Shown here in pieces: positions 56,751-64,000 of a stretch of DNA of 64,000 nucleotides; within the stretch, counting starts at the first letter, position 1, and each line of letters opens with the position of its first letter. The stretch is from assembly GCF_009914755.1 (NCBI RefSeq), contig NC_060933.1, one strand, 5' to 3'. This DNA comes from the human T2T-CHM13v2.0 reference genome, Homo sapiens. The notes beneath the pieces are model-generated. The model searched no databases, was not told where the DNA came from, and was given only the letters and a program-made list of their open reading frames with translations. The position numbers and the translations under genes were made by a program.

Positions 56751-59700
56751 GGAATGGAATGGAATGGAAAGGAATGGAATCAACTCGATTGTAATGGAAT
56801 GGAATGGAATGGAATGGAATGGAATGGAATGGAATTAACCCGAATACAATGGAATGGAATGGAATGGAACGGAATGGAGTGGAATGGAATGGAATCAACC
56901 CGAGTTTAGGGGAATGGAATGGAATGGAATGCAATGGAATGGAATCATCCGGAATGGAATGGTATGGAATGGAATGCAATGCAATGGAATCAACTCGATT
57001 GCAATGGAATGGAATGGAAAGGAATAGAATGGAATCAACCCGAGTGGAATGGAATGGAAAGGACTGGAATGGAGTGGAATGGAATGGAATGGAATGGAAT
57101 TAACTCGATTGGAATGGAATGGAATGGAATGGAATGGAATTAACCCGAATAGAATGGAATGGAATGGAATGGAACGGAATGGAATGGAATGGAATGGAAT
57201 GGAATGGAATGGAATGCAATGGAATGGAATCAGCCCGACTGTAGGGGAATGGAATGGAATGGAATGCAATGGAATGGAATCATCCGGAACGGAATGGAAT
57301 GGAATGGAATGGAATCAACTCGATTGCAATGGAATGGAATGGAATGGAATGGAATCGAATGGAATGGAATGGAATTAAACCGAATAGAATGGAATGGAAT
57401 GGAATGGAAAGGAATGGAAGGGAATGGAATGGAATGTAATCAACCCGAGTGCAGGGGAATGTAATAGAATGGAGTACAGTGGAATGGAATCATCCGGAAT
57501 GGAATGGAATGAAATGGAATGCAATCAAGCTGATGCAATGGAATGGAGTGGAATGGAATGGAATGGAATGGAAACATCCCGAATGGAATGGAATGTAATG
57601 CAGTGTAAGGGAATTGAATAGAATCAATCCGAATGTAATGGAATGGAATGGAATGAAATGGAATGGAATGGAATGGAAGGGAATCAACCAGAGTGCAATG
57701 GAATGGATTCGAATGGAATGGAATGGAATGGAATGGATTCAACAAGAATGGAATGGAAAGGAATGGAATCAACCCGAGTGTAATGGCATGGAATGGAACG
57801 GAATGGAATGGGATGGAATGGAATGGTACGCATTAGAATGGAATGGAATGAAATGGAATGGAATGGAATGGAATGCAATGGAATGGAATGGAATGGAATG
57901 AACCCGTGTGCAATGGAATGGAATGGAATGGAATGGAATGGAATGGATTCAACTCGAATGGAAACAACGCGATTGAAATGGAATGGAATGGAATGGAAAG
58001 GAATAGAATGGAATCAACCCGAGTGGAATGGAATGGAAAGGACTGGAATGGAGTGGAATGCAATGGAATGGAATTAACCCGAATAGAATGGAATGGAACG
58101 GAATGGAACGGAATGTAATGGAATGGAATGGAATGGAATAAATCCGAGTGCAGGGGAATGGAATGGAATGGAATGCAATGGAATGGAATCATCCGGAATG
58201 GAATGGAATGGAATGGAATGGAATGGAATGGAATGGAATGGAATGGAATCAACTGGATTTCAATGGAATGGAATGGAATAGAATGGAATGGAATTAACAC
58301 GAATAGAATGGAATGGAATGGAATGAAATGGAACAGAAAGGAATGGAATGGAATGGAATGGAATCAACCCAAGTTCAGGGGAATGGAATGGAATGGAATT
58401 CTATGGAATGGAATCATTAGAATGGAATGGAATGGAATGGAATGGAATGGAATGGAATGGAATGGAATCAACCCGAGTGCAATGGAATGGAGAGGAATGG
58501 ATTGGAATGGAATGGAAACTACCCGATTGGAATGGAATGTAATGGAGTGTAAGGGAATTGAATAGAATGAATCCGAATGGAATGGAATGGAATGGAACGG
58601 AATGGAACGGAATGCAATGGAATGGAATGGAATGGAATGGAATGGAATGGAATGGAATGGTATGGAATAGTATGGAATGGAATGGAATGGTACGGAATAG
58701 AATGGAAAGGAAAGAATTGGAATGGAATGGAATCGAATGGAATGGAATGGAATGGAATGGAATCAACCCGAGTGCAGGGGAATGTAATGGAACGGAATAC
58801 AATGGAATGGAATCATCCGGAATGGAATGGAAAGGAATGGAATGGAATGGAATGCAATGGAATGGAATGGAATGGAATCAACTCGATTGCAATCGAATGG
58901 AATGGAATGGAATTAACCCGAATAGAATGGAATGGAATGGAATGGAACGGAACGGAATTGAATGGAATGGAATGGAATGGAACGGAAAGGAATGGAATGG
59001 AATGGAATGGAAAGGAATGGAATGGAATCAACGCGAGTGCAAGGGAATGGAATGGAATCGAATAGAATGGAATGGAATGGAATTAACCCGAATAGAATGG
59101 AATGGAATGGAATGGAACGGAACGGAATTGAATGGAATGGAATGGAATGGAACGGAAAGGAAAGGAATGGAATGGAATGGAATGGAATGGAATGGAATCA
59201 ACTCGATTGCAATCGAATGGAATGGAATGGAATTAACCCGAATAGAATGGAATGGAATGGAATGGAATGGAACGGAACGGAATGGAATGGAATGGAATGG
59301 AATGGAATGGAATGCAATGGAATGGAATCATCAGTAATGGAATGGAAAGGAATGGAATGGAATGGAATTGAATGGAATGAAATCGATTGCAATCGAATGC
59401 AATGGAATGGAATTAACCCGAATAGAGTGGAATGGAATGGAATGGAATAGAACGAAACGGAATGGAATGGAATGGAATGGAATGGAAAGGAACGGAACGG
59501 AAAGGAACGGAACGGAATGGAATGGAATGGAATGGAATGGAATGCAATGGAATCAACACGAGTGCAGGGGAATGGAATGGAATGGAATGCAATGGAATGG
59601 AATCTTCCGGAATGGAATGGAATGGAATGGAATGGAATGGAATTGAATGCAGTGGATTCAACTCGATTGCAATGGAATGGAATAGAATGGAATGGAATGG

Positions 59701-62700
59701 AATGGAATGGAATGGAGTTAACACTAATAGAATGGAATGGAATGGAATGGAACGGAACGGAATGGAATGGAATGGAATGGAATGGAATGGAATGGTATGG
59801 AATGGAATGGAATGGTACGGAATAGAATGGAATGGAACGAATTGGGATGGAATGGAATCGAATGGAATGGAATGGAATGGAATGGAATCAACGCGAGTGC
59901 AGGGGAATGTAATAGAACGGAATGCAATGGAATGGAATCATCCGGAATGGAATGGAATGGAATGGAATGGAATGGAATCAACCCGAGTGCAATGGAATGG
60001 AGTGGAATGGAATGGAATGGAATGGAACAACCCGAATGGAATGGAAAGTAATGGAGAGTAAGGGAGTTGAATAGAATCAATCCGAATGGAATGGAATGGA
60101 ATGGAACGGAATGGAATGGAATGGAATGGAATGGAATGCAATGGAATGGAATCAACCCGAGTATAATGGAATGGAATGGAATGGAATGGAATGGAATGGA
60201 ATTGAATGGAATGGAATGGCTTCAAACCGAATGGAATGGAAAGGAATGGAATCAAGACGAGTGGAATGGAATGGAATGGAATGGAATGGAATGGAATGGA
60301 ATGGAATGGTACGGAATAGAATGGAATGGAACGAAATGGAATGGAATGGAATGGAATGGAATCGTTCCGAGTGGAATAGGAGGGAATGTAATCGAGTGGA
60401 ATGGAAAGGAATGGAATCAACCAGAGTGGAATGGAAAGGAATGGAATGGAATGGAATGGAATGGAATGGAATGGAATGGAATCGTTCCGAGTGGAATAGG
60501 AGGGAATGTATTCGAGTGGAATGGAAAGGAGTGGAATCAACCAGAGTGGAATGGAAGGGAATGGAATGGAATGGAAACTAATAGAATGGAATCAACCCGA
60601 GTGGAATGGAATGGAAAGGACTGAAATGGAATGGAATGGAATGGAAAGGAATGGAATCAACTCGATTGTAATGGAATGGAATGGAATGGAATGGAATGGA
60701 ATGGAATGGAATTAACCCGAATACAATGGAATGGAATGGAATGGAACGGAATGGAGTGGAATGGAATGGAATCAACCCGAGTTTAGGGGAATGGAATGGA
60801 ATGGAATGCAATGGAATGGAATCATCCGGAATGGAATGGTATGGAATGGAATGCAATGCAATGGAATCAACTCGATTGCAATGGAATGGAATGGAAAGGA
60901 ATAGAATGGAATCAACCCGAGTGGAATGGAATGGAAAGGACTGGAATGGAGTGGAATGGAATGGAATGGAATGGAATTAACTCGATTGGAATGGAATGGA
61001 ATGGAATGGAATGGAATTAACCCGAATAGAATGGAATGGAATGGAATGGAACGGAATGGAATGGAATGGAATGGAATGGAATGGAATGGAATGCAATGGA
61101 ATGGAATCAGCCCGACTGTAGGGGAATGGAATGGAATGGAATGCAATGGAATGGAATCATCCGGAACGGAATGGAATGGAATGGAATGGAATCAACTCGA
61201 TTGCAATGGAATGGAATGGAATGGAATGGAATCGAATGGAATGGAATGGAATTAAACCGAATAGAATGGAATGGAATGGAATGGAAAGGAATGGAAGGGA
61301 ATGGAATGGAATGTAATCAACCCGAGTGCAGGGGAATGTAATAGAATGGAGTACAGTGGAATGGAATCATCCGGAATGGAATGGAATGAAATGGAATGCA
61401 ATCAAGCTGATGCAATGGAATGGAGTGGAATGGAATGGAATGGAATGGAAACATCCCGAATGGAATGGAATGTAATGCAGTGTAAGGGAATTGAATAGAA
61501 TCAATCCGAATGTAATGGAATGGAATGGAATGAAATGGAATGGAATGGAATGGAAGGGAATCAACCAGAGTGCAACGGAATGGATTCGAATGGAATGGAA
61601 TGGAATGGAATGGATTCAACAAGAATGGAATGGAAAGGAATGGAATCAACCCGAGTGTAATGGCATGGAATGGAACGGAATGGAATGGGATGGAATGGAA
61701 TGGTACGCATTAGAATGGAATGGAATGAAATGGAATGGAATGGAATGGAATGCAATGGAATGGAATGGAATGGAATGAACCCGTGTGCAATGGAATGGAA
61801 TGGAATGGAATGGAATGGAATGGATTCAACTCGAATGGAAACAACGCGATTGAAATGGAATGGAATGGAATGGAAAGGAATAGAATGGAATCAACCCGAG
61901 TGGAATGGAATGGAAAGGACTGGAATGGAGTGGAATGCAATGGAATGGAATTAACCCGAATAGAATGGAATGGAACGGAATGGAACGGAATGTAATGGAA
62001 TGGAATGGAATGGAATAAATCCGAGTGCAGGGGAATGGAATGGAATGGAATGCAATGGAATGGAATCATCCGGAATGGAATGGAATGGAATGGAATGGAA
62101 TGGAATGGAATGGAATGGAATCAACTGGATTTCAATGGAATGGAATGGAATAGAATGGAATGGAATTAACACGAATAGAATGGAATGGAATGGAATGAAA
62201 TGGAACAGAAAGGAATGGAATGGAATGGAATGGAATCAACCCAAGTTCAGGGGAATGGAATGGAATGGAATTCTATGGAATGGAATCATTAGAATGGAAT
62301 GGAATGGAATGGAATGGAATGGAATGGAATGGAATGGAATCAACCCGAGTGCAATGGAATGGAGAGGAATGGATTGGAATGGAATGGAAACTACCCGATT
62401 GGAATGGAATGTAATGGAGTGTAAGGGAATTGAATAGAATGAATCCGAATGGAATGGAATGGAATGGAACGGAATGGAACGGAATGCAATGGAATGGAAT
62501 GGAATGGAATGGAATGGAATGGAATGGAATGGTATGGAATAGTATGGAATGGAATGGAATGGTACGGAATAGAATGGAAAGGAAAGAATTGGAATGGAAT
62601 GGAATCGAATGGAATGGAATGGAATGGAATGGAATCAACCCGAGTGCAGGGGAATGTAATGGAACGGAATACAATGGAATGGAATCATCCGGAATGGAAT

Positions 62701-64000
62701 GGAAAGGAATGGAATGGAATGGAATGCAATGGAATGGAATGGAATGGAATCAACTCGATTGCAATCGAATGGAATGGAATGGAATTAACCCGAATAGAAT
62801 GGAATGGAATGGAATGGAACGGAACGGAATTGAATGGAATGGAATGGAATGGAACGGAAAGGAATGGAATGGAATGGAATGGAAAGGAATGGAATGGAAT
62901 CAACGCGAGTGCAAGGGAATGGAATGGAATCGAATAGAATGGAATGGAATGGAATTAACCCGAATAGAATGGAATGGAATGGAATGGAACGGAACGGAAT
63001 TGAATGGAATGGAATGGAATGGAACGGAAAGGAAAGGAATGGAATGGAATGGAATGGAATGGAATGGAATGGAATGGAATCAACTCGATTGCAATCGAAT
63101 GGAATGGAATGGAATTAACCCGAATAGAATGGAATGGAATGGAATGGAATGGAACGGAACGGAATGGAATGGAATGGAATGGAATGGAATGGAATGCAAT
63201 GGAATGGAATCATCAGTAATGGAATGGAAAGGAATGGAATGGAATGGAATTGAATGGAATGAAATCGATTGCAATCGAATGCAATGGAATGGAATTAACC
63301 CGAATAGAGTGGAATGGAATGGAATGGAATAGAACGAAACGGAATGGAATGGAATGGAATGGAATGGAAAGGAACGGAACGGAAAGGAACGGAACGGAAT
63401 GGAATGGAATGGAATGGAATGGAATGCAATGGAATCAACACGAGTGCAGGGGAATGGAATGGAATGGAATGCAATGGAATGGAATCTTCCGGAATGGAAT
63501 GGAATGGAATGGAATGGAATGGAATTGAATGCAGTGGATTCAACTCGATTGCAATGGAATGGAATAGAATGGAATGGAATGGAATGGAATGGAATGGAGT
63601 TAACACTAATAGAATGGAATGGAATGGAATGGAACGGAACGGAATGGAATGGAATGGAATGGAATGGAATGGAATGGTATGGAATGGAATGGAATGGTAC
63701 GGAATAGAATGGAATGGAACGAATTGGGATGGAATGGAATCGAATGGAATGGAATGGAATGGAATGGAATCAACGCGAGTGCAGGGGAATGTAATAGAAC
63801 GGAATGCAATGGAATGGAATCATCCGGAATGGAATGGAATGGAATGGAATGGAATGGAATCAACCCGAGTGCAATGGAATGGAGTGGAATGGAATGGAAT
63901 GGAATGGAACAACCCGAATGGAATGGAAAGTAATGGAGAGTAAGGGAGTTGAATAGAATCAATCCGAATGGAATGGAATGGAATGGAACGGAATGGAATG
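56751..64000 (+). repeat. ~3.88 kb tandem duplication (56751-60627; 60628 to window end, truncated)
   Basis: Private variants CGAGTTTAGGGG, CAGCCCGACTGTAGG, CAAGCTGATGC, GTACGCATTAG and TCATTAGAATGG each occur twice, at offsets 3877/3872/3882. Confidence 0.95.
60355..60560 (+). repeat. 120-bp tandem duplication of the CGTTCCGAGTGGAATAGGAGGG module
   Basis: ATCGTTCCGAGTGGAATAGGAGGGAATGTA at 60361 and 60481, each followed by CAACCAGAG. Confidence 0.88.

Larger units (their letters stand above)
1..64000 (+). repeat. Satellite III (HSat3) array: (GGAAT)n/(ATTCC)n with CAACCCGAGT-type interruptions; pericentromeric heterochromatin of human or great ape
   Basis: Seen: GGAAT pentamer runs from end to end, with CAACCCGAGT/CAACTCGATT/TAACCCGAAT decamers every ~50-150 bp and the purine-rich strand always on +. 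Established: a GGAAT pentamer plus CAACCCGA(G/A)T is the classical Satellite III signature; HSat2 is far more diverged. Confidence 0.98.

Noticed and set aside
132-63962. Hundreds of ORFs (MEWNG and IPFHS repeats, up to 364 aa) as protein-coding genes
   Set aside because: A pure GGAAT repeat has no stop codon in any frame. The ORFs overlap in all six frames and show no domain or gene structure.
1-64000. CRISPR-like array (conserved decamers separated by spacers)
   Set aside because: The spacers are themselves GGAAT repeats rather than unique sequence, the spacing is irregular, and there are no cas genes or leader.
1-64000. Alu/L1/ERV insertion, alpha satellite, CENP-B box, telomeric repeat or strand inversion
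   Set aside because: I saw no stretch that leaves the pentamer framework, and no poly-A tail, 171-bp monomer, TTAGGG run or (ATTCC)n run on the + strand.
1-64000. HSat2, or a fixed higher-order repeat such as DYZ1 (3.6 kb)
   Set aside because: Long pure GGAAT runs with CAACCCGAGT indicate HSat3. The periods found (7.27, 2.87 and 3.88 kb) are local, with only about two copies each.
1-64000. EWS-FLI1-type (GGAA)n microsatellite or a pathogenic SCA31-type insertion
   Set aside because: The period is 5, not 4. The array is 64 kb or more of diverged satellite with no unique flanks or TAAAA/TAGAA tracts.

Overview
The whole 64 kb window is one uninterrupted, single-orientation array of human-type Satellite III (HSat3): (GGAAT)n on the + strand, broken by CAACCCGAGT-family decamers. 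I see no genes, RNA genes, transposons or CRISPR arrays. Every listed ORF is an artefact of the pentamer, which reads MEWNG on + and IPFHS on -. There is no single fixed higher-order repeat. Instead, a small set of motif modules recurs in a conserved order and has been duplicated at nested scales: near-identical tandems of ~7.27 kb x2, ~2.87 kb x2.2 and ~3.88 kb x>=1.9, older ~0.5-3 kb duplicates, and 50-170 bp micro-tandems. Three features stand out: about 39 perfect three-unit heat-shock elements (gGAAt-cTTCc-gGAAt), a recurring perfect 14-bp palindrome (TCGATTGCAATCGA), and an almost one-directional drift of the 5-bp register. All counts and boundaries were read by eye, so they are approximate. 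The chromosome 9q12 assignment is an inference from remembered probe sequence.
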